From an uncultured Chloroflexia bacterium (lineage in GTDB: Bacteria > Chloroflexota > Limnocylindria > Limnocylindrales > CSP1-4): DNA of 64,000 nt. The position numbers were made by a program, and so were the translations under genes. The notes under the pieces are model-generated. The model ran no database searches. It was not told the origin of the DNA and saw only the letters and a program-made list of their open reading frames with translations. Every line of letters starts with the position of its first letter. The stretch's first letter is position 1. Location of the stretch: assembly GCA_963707215.1 (NCBI GenBank), contig CAVPPB010000001.1:256001-320000 (forward strand), in the 5' to 3' direction. Below, one piece after another: positions 30,806 through 40,328 of the stretch.

Positions 30806-31864
30806 CTAGGGCGCCACGATGATCTTGATGGCCCCACTCGCCGGGTCGTTGAACGTCGCCATCGCCACTTCGTAGTCGGCCAGGTCAAAGCGGTGGGTGA
30901 TGACGTCCCGGACCCGCATCCGGCCCGCGGCCACGTGGGGGATGACCCGGCGCATCTCGCCGGCCGAGGCGCGCGAGCCGACGAGCTCGAGCTCGTCGAG
31001 GACCAGGCGCTGCATCGCGATCTCTACCCCGACCGTGGGGATCCCGACCGCGGCGCAGCGGCCTCCCCGGCGGAGCATCGCCAGCGCCCACTGGACGGTG
31101 GTCGGGACCCCGGCGCACTCCAGGACGACGTCGGCGCCCAGGCCCCCGGTCATCGCCCGGACGGCCGTCACGGGATCACCCGCTCCCGGATCGACCGTCT
31201 CGAAGCCCATCTCGGCGGCCTTGGCCAGGCGGCGCTCGTTGACCTCGACGATGATGACCCGGGTCGCGCCCCGGATGTTCGAGGCGTCACCGGCCAGCAG
31301 CCCGATGGCCCCGCCGCCGGTGATGGCGACGGTGTCGCCGGGCGAGATCGCCCCGCGGTTGGCGACGTGGAGAGCGATCGAGGCGGGATCGATGACCGCG
31401 CCTTCCTCGTAGGTCAGATCGTCGGGCAGGGGGAAGACCGCCTTCACGCCGTGGACGACGTAGGTGGCGTCGGCACCCTGGACGTTGTGGCCGTACTGGC
31501 GGTGGAGCCCGGCGCGCCCATAGTTCTCGCAGAGGTTGTAGCGACCCTCCACGCACTTCTGGCAGACGCCGCAGGCGTCGTGCGAGGTGCCGGCGACGCG
31601 GTCGCCGACCTCGAACCCGAAGCGCTCCGCGCCGGGCCCCAGGGCGACGATGTCGCCGGCCCACTCGTGACCCGGGATGAAGGGGTACGAGGGCGGCCAG
31701 AAGCCCGGGTAGTCACCCCGGATGAGGTGGGCGTCGGTGCCGCAGATCGAGACGGCCTTGACCCGAGCGAGGACCTCGTTCGGGCCGGGCTCGGGGACCG
31801 GGACCTCGCGGATCTCCATCCGCCCCGGCTCGGGCAGGACCAGGGCCTGCATCGTCGAGGGCAC
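30806..31864 (-). CDS. Zn-dependent MDR alcohol/polyol dehydrogenase, paralog B
   Basis: Same motifs as 26620-27720, with long identical peptide stretches. Confidence 0.92.
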   Translation of the reverse strand: MPSTMQALVLPEPGRMEIREVPVPEPGPNEVLARVKAVSICGTDAHLIRGDYPGFWPPSYPFIPGHEWAGDIVALGPGAERFGFEVGDRVAGTSHDACGVCQKCVEGRYNLCENYGRAGLHRQYGHNVQGADATYVVHGVKAVFPLPDDLTYEEGAVIDPASIALHVANRGAISPGDTVAITGGGAIGLLAGDASNIRGATRVIIVEVNERRLAKAAEMGFETVDPGAGDPVTAVRAMTGGLGADVVLECAGVPTTVQWALAMLRRGGRCAAVGIPTVGVEIAMQRLVLDELELVGSRASAGEMRRVIPHVAAGRMRVRDVITHRFDLADYEVAMATFNDPASGAIKIIVAP

Positions 31865-31876
31865 GAGGTACTCCTT

Positions 31877-32767
31877 TCAGATGATGGCCACCGGATCGAC
31901 CATGGAGCCGGTGGCTCCCCGGATCTTCAGGGGGAGGGCGACGAACAGGAACTCGTAGATCCGCTGCCTGGCCAGCTCCTCCAGGTCGAGGCTCTCCATG
32001 AGGTAGATGGCGTTCTCGATGAGCAGCAGCGTGTGGACCGGCTGCGGGTTGCCGGTCGGGCCGGGGTCGGGCGCGGGCTGGACCTCGTAGGTCTCGGTGT
32101 CGGTGCCGGTCGCCACGACCCCCCGCTCCAGCAGCCAACGGGCCGCACTGATGTCCGGGCCGGGCGTCTTGTGGGCGGCCATCCGCTCGGCGTCGGGCCA
32201 GAGGCCCATGTAGCCCGTCCGGATGACCACGACGTCCCACGGCCGGACCTCCACGCCCTGGGCCGCGCAGATCGCCTCCATCTCGGCGGCGTCGATGGGC
32301 GAGCCCTTGGGCAGGCAGTCCACCCCGCGGAAGCCGGGGGCGTCGATGAGCACCCCACGGGTGAAGAATGGCGGCATCGCCGCGGCGTCGAGGAAGCGCG
32401 GGCCGAAGTCCGTGAGGTGTTCGTCGGCGTTGCCGCCGCCGTACCAGTGCATGTCGTCGCCCACGGTCATGTGGGCCAGCGCATCGATGTGGGCGCCCGA
32501 GTGCGACGTGGCCATGACGTACTCGGCCATGTAGCCAAGGCCGGCATCGTTGACCGGGCCCCACGGCTGGGCCCCGGTGACCCTGATGCCCCTGGGCGTC
32601 CGGTAGTTCAGCACCTGGAACGGCGGATGACCCGGGAACAGCGGCATCCCCGGGTAGCGCTGGGCGGCCAGGGAGACCATCCGGCCCTCGCGGACGAGGC
32701 CGGCGGCCCGGACCACCTGCTGGGCGGGCAGGCGGCCGATCGGCCCGATGTCGGTGGGGTCGCTCAT
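31877..32767 (-). CDS. Cyclase family (kynurenine-formamidase-like) metal-dependent hydrolase
   Basis: HSGAHIDALAH, RGVLID, IRTG, PLKIRGATGS; start ATG 32767. Confidence 0.88.
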   Translation of the reverse strand: MSDPTDIGPIGRLPAQQVVRAAGLVREGRMVSLAAQRYPGMPLFPGHPPFQVLNYRTPRGIRVTGAQPWGPVNDAGLGYMAEYVMATSHSGAHIDALAHMTVGDDMHWYGGGNADEHLTDFGPRFLDAAAMPPFFTRGVLIDAPGFRGVDCLPKGSPIDAAEMEAICAAQGVEVRPWDVVVIRTGYMGLWPDAERMAAHKTPGPDISAARWLLERGVVATGTDTETYEVQPAPDPGPTGNPQPVHTLLLIENAIYLMESLDLEELARQRIYEFLFVALPLKIRGATGSMVDPVAII

Positions 32768-35016
32768 GAAGGCACCTCCTGGCGCTCCTGGAGCGCCCGC
32801 CAGACGCGCTCGGGCGTCAACGGCAGGTCGCGGATGACGGCGCCGGACGCCTCGCGCACGGCGGCGGCCACCGCCGGGGCGACGCACAGCAGGGCGCCCT
32901 CGCTCATGCCCTTCGAGCCGTAGGGACCCGGGCCGTCGGCATTCTCGATGGTGGCGCTCACCATCGCCTGCGGCAGGTCCTTGCTCGTGGGGATCTTGTA
33001 GTCGATCGCGCCGAGGTTCCGGATCCGGCCCTCGTCGTCGAAGATGTAGTGCTCCATGAGGGTGTGGCCCAGGCCCATGATCGCGGCTCCCTCGTCCTGC
33101 ATCCGGACCTGGAGCGGGTTGATCGCCTTGCCGACGTCCGACACGGTGACGTAGCGGACCACGGTCACGTCGCCCGTCGCCTCGTCGACCGTGGTCTCGA
33201 CGGCCGTGCAGTTGAGCTCGAAGAAGGCGGCGCTGCCACCGAGCGGATGGCCCGGCTCGTCGGCCTTGCGCATCTCGCCGTTACCGACGACCTCGCCCCC
33301 GAGCTTGCCGAGCCCGGCCTTGAGCACGTCGACGATCGACAGCTCCCGATCGGGCAGCCGGACGGCGCCCCGGTCGACGACGATCGAGGCCTCGTCGACC
33401 CCGTGGACCCGGCTCGCCATCGCGCCGAGCTTGGCCTGGACCTCGCGACAGGCGGCCAGGACCGCGTTGCCCATGAGCACGGTCGACCGACTGGCCGACG
33501 TCTGCTGGTCGTACGGCACGATCGAGGTGTCGCCCATGACGACGGTGACCCAGTCGAGCGGCGCCCCGAGCTCCTGGGCGGCTATCTGGGCGAAGACCGT
33601 CCGTGCCCCCTGGCCCATGTCCGAGGTGCCGGCGAAGACGATGACGCTGCCGTCGGCGAGAAGCCGGACGGTGGCATAGGACAGGCCGGTCGTCGGGCCG
33701 GACTTGATGCCGAGGGCGATGCCACGGCCGTGGCCGGCGGGCAGCGGCGTGCCCCAGCCGATGAGCTCGGCGGCCTTGCGGAGCGTCTGCGGCCAGTCCC
33801 CGTCGGCCGGGGTGTCGCCGGGGATGAAGGCGTCACCACGCGACGCCACGTTCCGCAGCCGCAGCTCGAGAGGGTCGATGCCCAGCGCCAGGGCGCCCTC
33901 CGTGAGGTTCGATTCCACGGCCCAGTTGACCTGGGGGTTGCCGAAGCCGCGAAAGGCGGTCGAGGGGACGGTGTGGGAGAGGATCGCCCTCGCCAGGATC
34001 CGGGCGTTGGGGATCCGGTAGGGGCCGCAGCCCGGGTAGCTGCCCTTGCCGACCACCCGGTCGGCGATGTCGGCGTAGGCCCCGATGAGGTAGTCGGCCG
34101 CGATGTCCTGGAAGACGATCCGGCCGTCCGCTGCGAAGCCGGTCCGGACACGGATCTCGCTGGCCGCCCGTCGGACGGCCTGGAACGTCTCCTCCAGGGA
34201 CAGGACGAGTCGGACCGGCCGCTGGACCCGCAGGGCCATGAAGGCGAGCAGTGGCTCGTACTTCGGGTGCTGCTTGCCGCCGAAACCACCGCCCGGATCG
34301 GGCGCGTGGATCCGGACCTTCGACAGAGGCATGCCCACTAGATCGGCGACGATCCTCTGGAGCCAGTTGGGGTGCTGGATCGAGCTCCAGACCGCGATGC
34401 CGTCTCCGTCCGGCGCGGCGATGACGGCGTGGGGCTCGATGGCGAAGTGGGTCACCATGGGGAAGCCGTAGTCGTGCTCGACCACGAGGTCGGCCGTGGC
34501 CCCGTCCACGTCACCCCAGCCGTAGCGATGCTCGCGGAGGACGTTCGAGGCCGCCAGGGGATCGCCGGCCCTGAGGTCGGGGGCCTGGACGAGCGGGGCC
34601 TCGGGGTCGAGGGCAGCCGCCACCGTGAAGACCGCCGGCAGGGGCTCGTGCTCGACGTGGACGAGCCGAGCGGCCTCCTCGGCCGCATCCTCGGTCTCGG
34701 CGGCGACCGCGGCGACCGGGTCGCCGTGGTACTTCGTCTCGCCGACCGCGATGACCGGGCGGTCCCGGAACTGTGGCCCGAATCGGGGCACCGGCTGGGG
34801 CAGGTCGGCCGCGGTCATGACCAGCCGGACGCCGGGGACCTGCTCGGCCGCCGACGTGTCGATGGCATCGATCCGGGCTCGCGGCACGTCGACAGTGACG
34901 AGCTTGACGTGGAGGACGTCGGGAAGCTGGAGGTCGGCCACGTAGCGCTGCGCGCCGGTCACCCGATCCCGGCCGCCGACCCGGCGTGGAGAGTCACCGA
35001 TGCCGGAGCCGCTCAT
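32764..35016 (-). CDS. Xanthine-dehydrogenase-family molybdopterin-binding large subunit
   Basis: GGGFGGK, AFRGFG, DMGQG, KGMSEG; start ATG 35016 overlaps the upstream stop. Confidence 0.92.
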   Translation of the reverse strand: MSGSGIGDSPRRVGGRDRVTGAQRYVADLQLPDVLHVKLVTVDVPRARIDAIDTSAAEQVPGVRLVMTAADLPQPVPRFGPQFRDRPVIAVGETKYHGDPVAAVAAETEDAAEEAARLVHVEHEPLPAVFTVAAALDPEAPLVQAPDLRAGDPLAASNVLREHRYGWGDVDGATADLVVEHDYGFPMVTHFAIEPHAVIAAPDGDGIAVWSSIQHPNWLQRIVADLVGMPLSKVRIHAPDPGGGFGGKQHPKYEPLLAFMALRVQRPVRLVLSLEETFQAVRRAASEIRVRTGFAADGRIVFQDIAADYLIGAYADIADRVVGKGSYPGCGPYRIPNARILARAILSHTVPSTAFRGFGNPQVNWAVESNLTEGALALGIDPLELRLRNVASRGDAFIPGDTPADGDWPQTLRKAAELIGWGTPLPAGHGRGIALGIKSGPTTGLSYATVRLLADGSVIVFAGTSDMGQGARTVFAQIAAQELGAPLDWVTVVMGDTSIVPYDQQTSASRSTVLMGNAVLAACREVQAKLGAMASRVHGVDEASIVVDRGAVRLPDRELSIVDVLKAGLGKLGGEVVGNGEMRKADEPGHPLGGSAAFFELNCTAVETTVDEATGDVTVVRYVTVSDVGKAINPLQVRMQDEGAAIMGLGHTLMEHYIFDDEGRIRNLGAIDYKIPTSKDLPQAMVSATIENADGPGPYGSKGMSEGALLCVAPAVAAAVREASGAVIRDLPLTPERVWRALQERQEVPS

Positions 35017-35492
35017 CCGCCACCCTCCACTGCAGCCTGGTGGATCGCCTCGGCGATCTGCTCGTAGCAGCCGCAGCGGCAGAGATTGCCGGCCAGGCCC
35101 TCTTCGATGTCGGCGGCGGTCGGCTGCTCCACTCTTCGGAGCAGGTCGTCCGCGGCCATCACCTGGCCGGGGATGCAGAAGCCACACTGGACGCCGCCCC
35201 GGTCGAGGAAGGCGCGCTGGATCGGCGTCAGGTGGCCGCCCCGCGCCAGGCCCTCGATGGTCACGACCTCGCCGCCATCCGCCTCGGCCGCCAGCACGAG
35301 GCACGAGTCGACGATCCGGCCGTCGAGGCGGACCGTACAGGCCCCGCACTCCCCCACCAGGCAGCATTCCTTGGTGCCGGTCAGCTCGAGGTCGTCGCGC
35401 AGGACCTCGAGCAGGGTGTGGTGGGCCGCAACCTCGAACGACCGGAGTCGACCATTGACGGTCACCTCGATCGCGATCCTTCGAGCCGTCAT
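35013..35492 (-). CDS. 2Fe-2S small subunit (CoxS-like)
   Basis: CLVGECGACTV, QCGFCIPG, NLCRCGCY. Confidence 0.93.
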   Translation of the reverse strand: MTARRIAIEVTVNGRLRSFEVAAHHTLLEVLRDDLELTGTKECCLVGECGACTVRLDGRIVDSCLVLAAEADGGEVVTIEGLARGGHLTPIQRAFLDRGGVQCGFCIPGQVMAADDLLRRVEQPTAADIEEGLAGNLCRCGCYEQIAEAIHQAAVEGGG

Positions 35493-36355
35493 GCCGGTAC
35501 CTCCCGCAAGCGCGAGATCGCGGTCGCCAGCGCCCTGGGGCCGAGGACCCGGAGCATCGCCAGGCGGTACTCGGGGCTGGCCCGCATCGACCGAGGCGAC
35601 GGACTGGCGCCGCCGAACATCCGCTCGAGCACCGCGTCCCGGGCCTCCGGGGGCGTCGCGGGATCGGCGAGGACACCGGTCTCGTCGACCACGAGCACCG
35701 GCCGAGGGCCGACGCTTCCGAAGGCGAGACGCGTCACACCGGCCTCGTCCACGGCACAGGCCAGGGTCACCGCGGCGAGATCATGCCCCCGACGTCGGGT
35801 CCGCCGCACGTGGACCGATCCAGACCGCCACCTGGGGATCGGCAGCTCGATCGCCGTCACCAGCTCGCCGCTCGCCAGCGTCGTCACTCGGGAGCGGACG
35901 AAGAACGCATCGACGGGGATCCGCCTCGCCCCCGACGGCCCATGGGCCACGACCACCGCATCGAAGACGAGCAGCGACGGCGCGGTGTCCGCGGCCGGCG
36001 ACGCGTTGCAGATGTTGCCGGCCAGCGTGGCCCGGTTTCGGATCTGGATGGAGCCGACGACCTCGGCCGCCTCGGCGAGCGATCGGAAGTGGCGACCGAC
36101 ACGCTCGTCCGCGGCGATCTCGGTCATCACGGTGCCGGCGCTGATCACCAACCGTCCTTCCAATTCGCGGATGGATGGAGCCAGCTCGGGGATCCGCTTG
36201 ACGTCCACGACGACGGCCGGCTGGACGGTCCCGTCCCGGAGGCCGATCAGGAGGTCGGTCCCGCCGGCCAGGACCCGGGCGTCCGGACCCCGCTCGGCCA
36301 GGATGGCGACGGCCTCGGCGAGCGTAGCCGGTCGTTCGTACTCGAACGCGCGCAT
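35489..36355 (-). CDS. FAD-binding medium subunit (CoxM-like)
   Basis: LAGGTDL, IRNRATLAGN, ASPAAD; start ATG 36355. Confidence 0.92.
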   Translation of the reverse strand: MRAFEYERPATLAEAVAILAERGPDARVLAGGTDLLIGLRDGTVQPAVVVDVKRIPELAPSIRELEGRLVISAGTVMTEIAADERVGRHFRSLAEAAEVVGSIQIRNRATLAGNICNASPAADTAPSLLVFDAVVVAHGPSGARRIPVDAFFVRSRVTTLASGELVTAIELPIPRWRSGSVHVRRTRRRGHDLAAVTLACAVDEAGVTRLAFGSVGPRPVLVVDETGVLADPATPPEARDAVLERMFGGASPSPRSMRASPEYRLAMLRVLGPRALATAISRLREVPA

Positions 36356-36369
36356 CGAGCGCTCTCCTG

Positions 36370-37257
36370 TCAGAGGACGCGATCGACCTCGTCCATCAGC
36401 ACCTGTGGCGTGGCGGCGCGGACGAAGTAGTACGGGCGCTCGGCGAACCGCTCGACATACCCGGCCCGGGCACGTCGGAGCGCCTCCGAGTCGACGATCG
36501 GCATCGGCAATCCGGGCGCCAGCAGCTCGTTGAGCAGGAAGTAGTTCTGGAGCGAGTGGAGGGTCTGGAACTGGCGCTCGAAGGGGATCATCTCGGCCAT
36601 GCTCGGATCGAAGTTGCCGTCGATCGCGGGGACCACGACGACGTCGACGTTGGACGGCTCGTCGTACTGGTCCCACGTCGGCATGTCACCGAAGAACTTC
36701 TGGACACCGCGCTCCGGGGCGGCCTTGTCGGCGCGTTCGGTACCCTCGGTCCGCTTCTTGAGGAAGACCGACTTGGAGCCCATGACGGCGACCCCGGCCT
36801 CATCGATGACCGTCGTCTCGGTCGACACCAGGAGACCGCCGCGGCGGCAGGCCTCGATCTGGCCCATCGACTTGCCGTGGTTCGACTCGCCGCCAAGGAA
36901 GAGGATCGTCCGGTCCCGGTAGCGGACGGCCGAGGCGTGGAACGGGTGGAGACCGACCGCCTCCATCCGGAGGGCCAGCATCGCCACGACCACCTTCTGG
37001 ATGGGGCCGGCCGGCCAGGGCCCGCTGAAGCGCATGGTCCGGCCGTCGTACCCGATGGTCTTCTCGCCGTCCTGGTCCCAGACGATATCCGCCTCGGGGA
37101 GGGTGATCCCGGGCTCGATCCGGACGTCGGCCAGGCGGTAGTTCAGGAAGTTCATGTCCTCGAGGACATGCTCCCGTGGCTCGCCCCCGAACACGTCCAC
37201 GCGCAGGTGAGCGGCCCCGGCCGAGTACTCCTCCGTCAGTCGAAGTGGTCCAGTCAT
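36370..37257 (-). CDS. HPr-kinase/PCK-like P-loop protein of unknown function
   Basis: HASAV...LFLG-GESNHGKS Walker A; LLVSTE in place of the HPrK LVADD. Confidence 0.7.
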   Translation of the reverse strand: MTGPLRLTEEYSAGAAHLRVDVFGGEPREHVLEDMNFLNYRLADVRIEPGITLPEADIVWDQDGEKTIGYDGRTMRFSGPWPAGPIQKVVVAMLALRMEAVGLHPFHASAVRYRDRTILFLGGESNHGKSMGQIEACRRGGLLVSTETTVIDEAGVAVMGSKSVFLKKRTEGTERADKAAPERGVQKFFGDMPTWDQYDEPSNVDVVVVPAIDGNFDPSMAEMIPFERQFQTLHSLQNYFLLNELLAPGLPMPIVDSEALRRARAGYVERFAERPYYFVRAATPQVLMDEVDRVL

Positions 37258-37307
37258 GGTCTCCTTCCAGGGCGCCCTCGGCGCCGGGTACGTGGTCGGG
37301 CGCCGGC

Positions 37308-38045
37308 TCAGCCGGCGGGTGGCGAGGCCCCCGCGCTCAGGGTGCCGTCGGAGTCGCGGACCGGCCCCGGGCCATCGTGCTGGTCACGAGGGTCAGGCCA
37401 GAGCCGGCCCAGCATCGTCCCGGCCTCCAGGAAGTGCCGTCGCAGCGCGGTGGCCGCCTCCTCCGGGTCACGGCGTCGGAGCGCGTCGAGCACGGGCGGA
37501 TGCAGGGCCGCGATGCGGTTCCGGTCGGCGCCCGGCACGATGAGGGTGATGTAGGTACGGGAGAACGGCTCGAGGGTGCGCCAGACGCGCTCGAGCGTTC
37601 CATTCGTGGCGAGCTCCATGACCCGTCCGTGGAAATCAGCGTCGGCCATGGCCTCGGCGTGGGCATCGCCCTCGCGGGCGGCCTGCTCCATGGCCTCGAT
37701 GTAGCCCTGGAGCTCGTCGAGGTCGGATTCCGTGAGGTGGTCGAGGGCCAGTCGTGCTCCGAGCGCTTCGAGCTCAGCGCGGACGCCGTAGGCCTCGAGG
37801 AGCTCGTCCCGGGTGGGTCGTCGGACCCTGGCGCCCCGGAACGGGGCGATCTCGATCACCCCGAGGGCCTCGAGGTCGCGCAGCGCCTCCCGGACCGGTG
37901 CCTGACTGGTTCCGAAGGCCCGGGCGACCCGGGTCTCGATGATCCGAGACCCGGGCGGGTACTCCCCGGTGACGATCGCCTCGAGGAGGCGATCCTTCAC
38001 CTGGTCGCTGAGGACGCTCCGCGAGATCGCGGCCGGGCGGGTCAT
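37308..38045 (-). CDS. GntR-family regulator with FCD domain, paralog 1
   Basis: SQAPVREALRDLEA HTH; DADFH and LHPPV..A.. FCD His motifs. Confidence 0.92.
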   Translation of the reverse strand: MTRPAAISRSVLSDQVKDRLLEAIVTGEYPPGSRIIETRVARAFGTSQAPVREALRDLEALGVIEIAPFRGARVRRPTRDELLEAYGVRAELEALGARLALDHLTESDLDELQGYIEAMEQAAREGDAHAEAMADADFHGRVMELATNGTLERVWRTLEPFSRTYITLIVPGADRNRIAALHPPVLDALRRRDPEEAATALRRHFLEAGTMLGRLWPDPRDQHDGPGPVRDSDGTLSAGASPPAG

Positions 38046-38055
38046 GGTGGAGGCG

Positions 38056-39822
38056 TCAGTCCTTCATGCCGACGGCAGCCGTCGACTCGAGGATCTCGAC
38101 GACGCCCGTGTTGCCATCGACGCGGAGCTTGTCGCCGGTCTTGATCCGGAAGGTGCCGGCCGAGGTGCCGACGACCGCCGGGATGCCGTACTCGCGAGCC
38201 AGGACGGCCGGGTGGGACACGGTCCCGCCGGCGTCGGTGACGACCGCGATGATCTTGCCGTAGAGCACCTGCCAGGCCGGATTCGTCATCTGGCAGACGA
38301 GGATCTCGCCGACCTTGAGGCTGTCGAACTCGTCCACCGAGCCGACGACGCGGGCAGTGCCCTCGACGACGCCCGGCGAGCCTGCGATGCCCTTGACCTT
38401 GCCGACCTCCTCCTCGGTCGAGCGATAGAACTTGTCCGGGAAGCCCCACAGGTTCAGGTAGGGGAACGCAAGCTGGGTCTTGGTGACGGTTCCGACCCAG
38501 TCCTTGGGCACGACCTTGTTGGCCCCCAACCACTTCTCGCGAGCGGCCTTGACGATGGCGCGGCCGTCCATGCTGCTCGGGTCGCCGATGAACTCGCGGA
38601 GCGAGTTGTAGCGGAAGAAGATGACGTCGTCCGGCCGATCGAGGACGCCCTGCGCCACGAGCTTCTCGCCGATGGCGATGAGCACGAGGCGGACGTGGGC
38701 ATTGGCACCCTGGTCGATGTAGAAGTGATGGTCCGGGGTGAGCGGGGCCATCTTGAGGTTGATCTCGTTGGCGGCGCGCATCTCCTCGAGCGCCTCGCCA
38801 TCGAGCCCTTCGAGGATCTCCCTGGCGGCCGCGTCGATGTCGGCCTTGAGGGCCGCGACCTTGCTCGGGTAGTCGTAGTCGGAGCTGTACTGGTCGCGGA
38901 CGAGCTGGATGACCGGCGTCATGTCCTCGCGGAAGGACGGGAAGACGAACTCGTGGCTCCAGACGGCGTGCCAGCCGAACTCCTTCTGGTACGGGATGAC
39001 CCGCTCGTCGATGAAGCGGCGACCGCGCTCGCTGGACTGGAGGACCGGGATGATGTCCGCAGCGGTCAGGCCCTGGAACGCCTGCGACAGCTCGGCGTCA
39101 CCCTTGACCTCTTCCTTCATGTCCCAGAGGGCACGGATCTTGTCCCAGTTGCGGTCATTGGCCGAGTTCTGGAGCCGGCCGAGCAGGACCTCGTCGATCT
39201 TGCCGTGGGTCTTCTCCATGACCGCGCGGAGGTTGAGCGTCGCGCTGAGCTGCGCGAAGTTCAGCATCCAGTGGATCTTCCAGTGGCGGTCGTGCATGTC
39301 GATGGCGTCCTCGAGGAGGACCGCCAGGTCGGCCAGGGAGAGCTCCTCCTTCCGGTCGAGCATGCCCTCGATGTAGTCGAAGTTCCGCTGCATCTCGGGG
39401 ACGAACCGGGTGCGCCACCAGAACTCGAAGTTGCTGCCGTAGACCGGCAGGACCGCGCCGAGGTAGGCGCCGATCTTCCCGGCGTACTCCTCGTCCTCCG
39501 GCACGATCGGGTTCGTGCGGTAGTGGTACTCCTGCGTCTCGACGACGAGACCCTTCTCCGCCGGGATGGCGGCCGTGTACAGGTAGCCGTTGATGTTCTT
39601 GTAGATCCAGTCCGTCGCGAACGGCGTGCCGAAGCGACGGAACATGTGATCGCACGAGAGCCACCAGCCGCCGATGTCCTCGTACATCGGGCTGAGCGGC
39701 TTGGGGCAGTGCAGGTCGTCGTAGACCCAGAAGAGCGCCTTCTCGGTCTCCGACGTCCAGTCGATCGGGAAGTCGTCGTCCCCGAGGAACTGGCCGAGGA
39801 TCTCCTCACCGACGAGTGGCAC
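38056..39822 (-). CDS. PEP-utilizing enzyme: large helical substrate-binding region + C-terminal phospho-His swivel domain, no ATP-grasp
   Basis: GSPGVVEG, MTNPAW, GGTVSHPAVLAREYGIPAVVG, VDGNTG; GTG 39822 after GAGGAGG. Confidence 0.85.
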   Translation of the reverse strand: MPLVGEEILGQFLGDDDFPIDWTSETEKALFWVYDDLHCPKPLSPMYEDIGGWWLSCDHMFRRFGTPFATDWIYKNINGYLYTAAIPAEKGLVVETQEYHYRTNPIVPEDEEYAGKIGAYLGAVLPVYGSNFEFWWRTRFVPEMQRNFDYIEGMLDRKEELSLADLAVLLEDAIDMHDRHWKIHWMLNFAQLSATLNLRAVMEKTHGKIDEVLLGRLQNSANDRNWDKIRALWDMKEEVKGDAELSQAFQGLTAADIIPVLQSSERGRRFIDERVIPYQKEFGWHAVWSHEFVFPSFREDMTPVIQLVRDQYSSDYDYPSKVAALKADIDAAAREILEGLDGEALEEMRAANEINLKMAPLTPDHHFYIDQGANAHVRLVLIAIGEKLVAQGVLDRPDDVIFFRYNSLREFIGDPSSMDGRAIVKAAREKWLGANKVVPKDWVGTVTKTQLAFPYLNLWGFPDKFYRSTEEEVGKVKGIAGSPGVVEGTARVVGSVDEFDSLKVGEILVCQMTNPAWQVLYGKIIAVVTDAGGTVSHPAVLAREYGIPAVVGTSAGTFRIKTGDKLRVDGNTGVVEILESTAAVGMKD

Positions 39823-40064
39823 TGTGCTCTCCTCCTCTAGCTGGTGCGATCGCCACGATCGGCGACGCGATCCGGGAAGGGCCGCCGGCGACGCGGTCGC
39901 CGGTCCGATGGATGACGGTCGGCCCCGACGAGCCGGCCCGGCGGGCGCGGTGGGACAGGCCACCGACACGACGTTGCCCGGCCGCGTGCCGGGCAACGGG
40001 GCTGCTCGGGCCTACCAACCGGGTCCCTCCGCGAACGGGATCGGGGGCGATCCGCCGTCGACGT

Positions 40065-40076
40065 TCGATAATCGAT
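40065..40076. promoter_or_regulatory. Operator copy 2
   Basis: TCGATAATCGAT in the divergent intergenic region. Confidence 0.8.
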
Positions 40077-40274
40077 TGTCCGAGGTCGCCACGCGGCCGT
40101 GTCGGGTCGACCGGTCCCTTGCCAAGGTGCCCTTCGTCACTTCGGCGGCGGAGGTGCCATGCCGCGTGATCCGCGGGGGTCGCGGGCCAGGCGAGCCGCC
40201 TGCCGGTCGGACGGGCGACGGCGCGACGGATGTCACCCAACTCGCTCACCTCCAGACCGCTTGCCTCCGAGTCG

Positions 40275-40286
40275 TCGATAATCGAT
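40275..40286. promoter_or_regulatory. Operator copy 3
   Basis: TCGATAATCGAT about 40 nt upstream of the transaldolase start. Confidence 0.8.
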
Positions 40287-40328
40287 TATATGACCCGCGA
40301 CCGCATCCCGGAACGCTGAGGTACCGAC

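Noticed and set aside
29768-32923. Very long ORFs in the track (1051 aa here; also 5843-8731, 9543-11726, 48350-50839, 52801-55287)
   Set aside because: Antisense shadows of well-supported genes, expected in very GC-rich DNA; no recognisable motifs.
32764-36355. Aerobic CO dehydrogenase (coxMSL)
   Set aside because: The active-site loop is AFRGFG, not AYxCSFR (form I) or AYRGAGR (form II); this is a generic Mo hydroxylase.
38056-39822. Rifampin phosphotransferase or PEP synthase
   Set aside because: No ATP-grasp domain and no pyruvate barrel; context is a catabolic operon.
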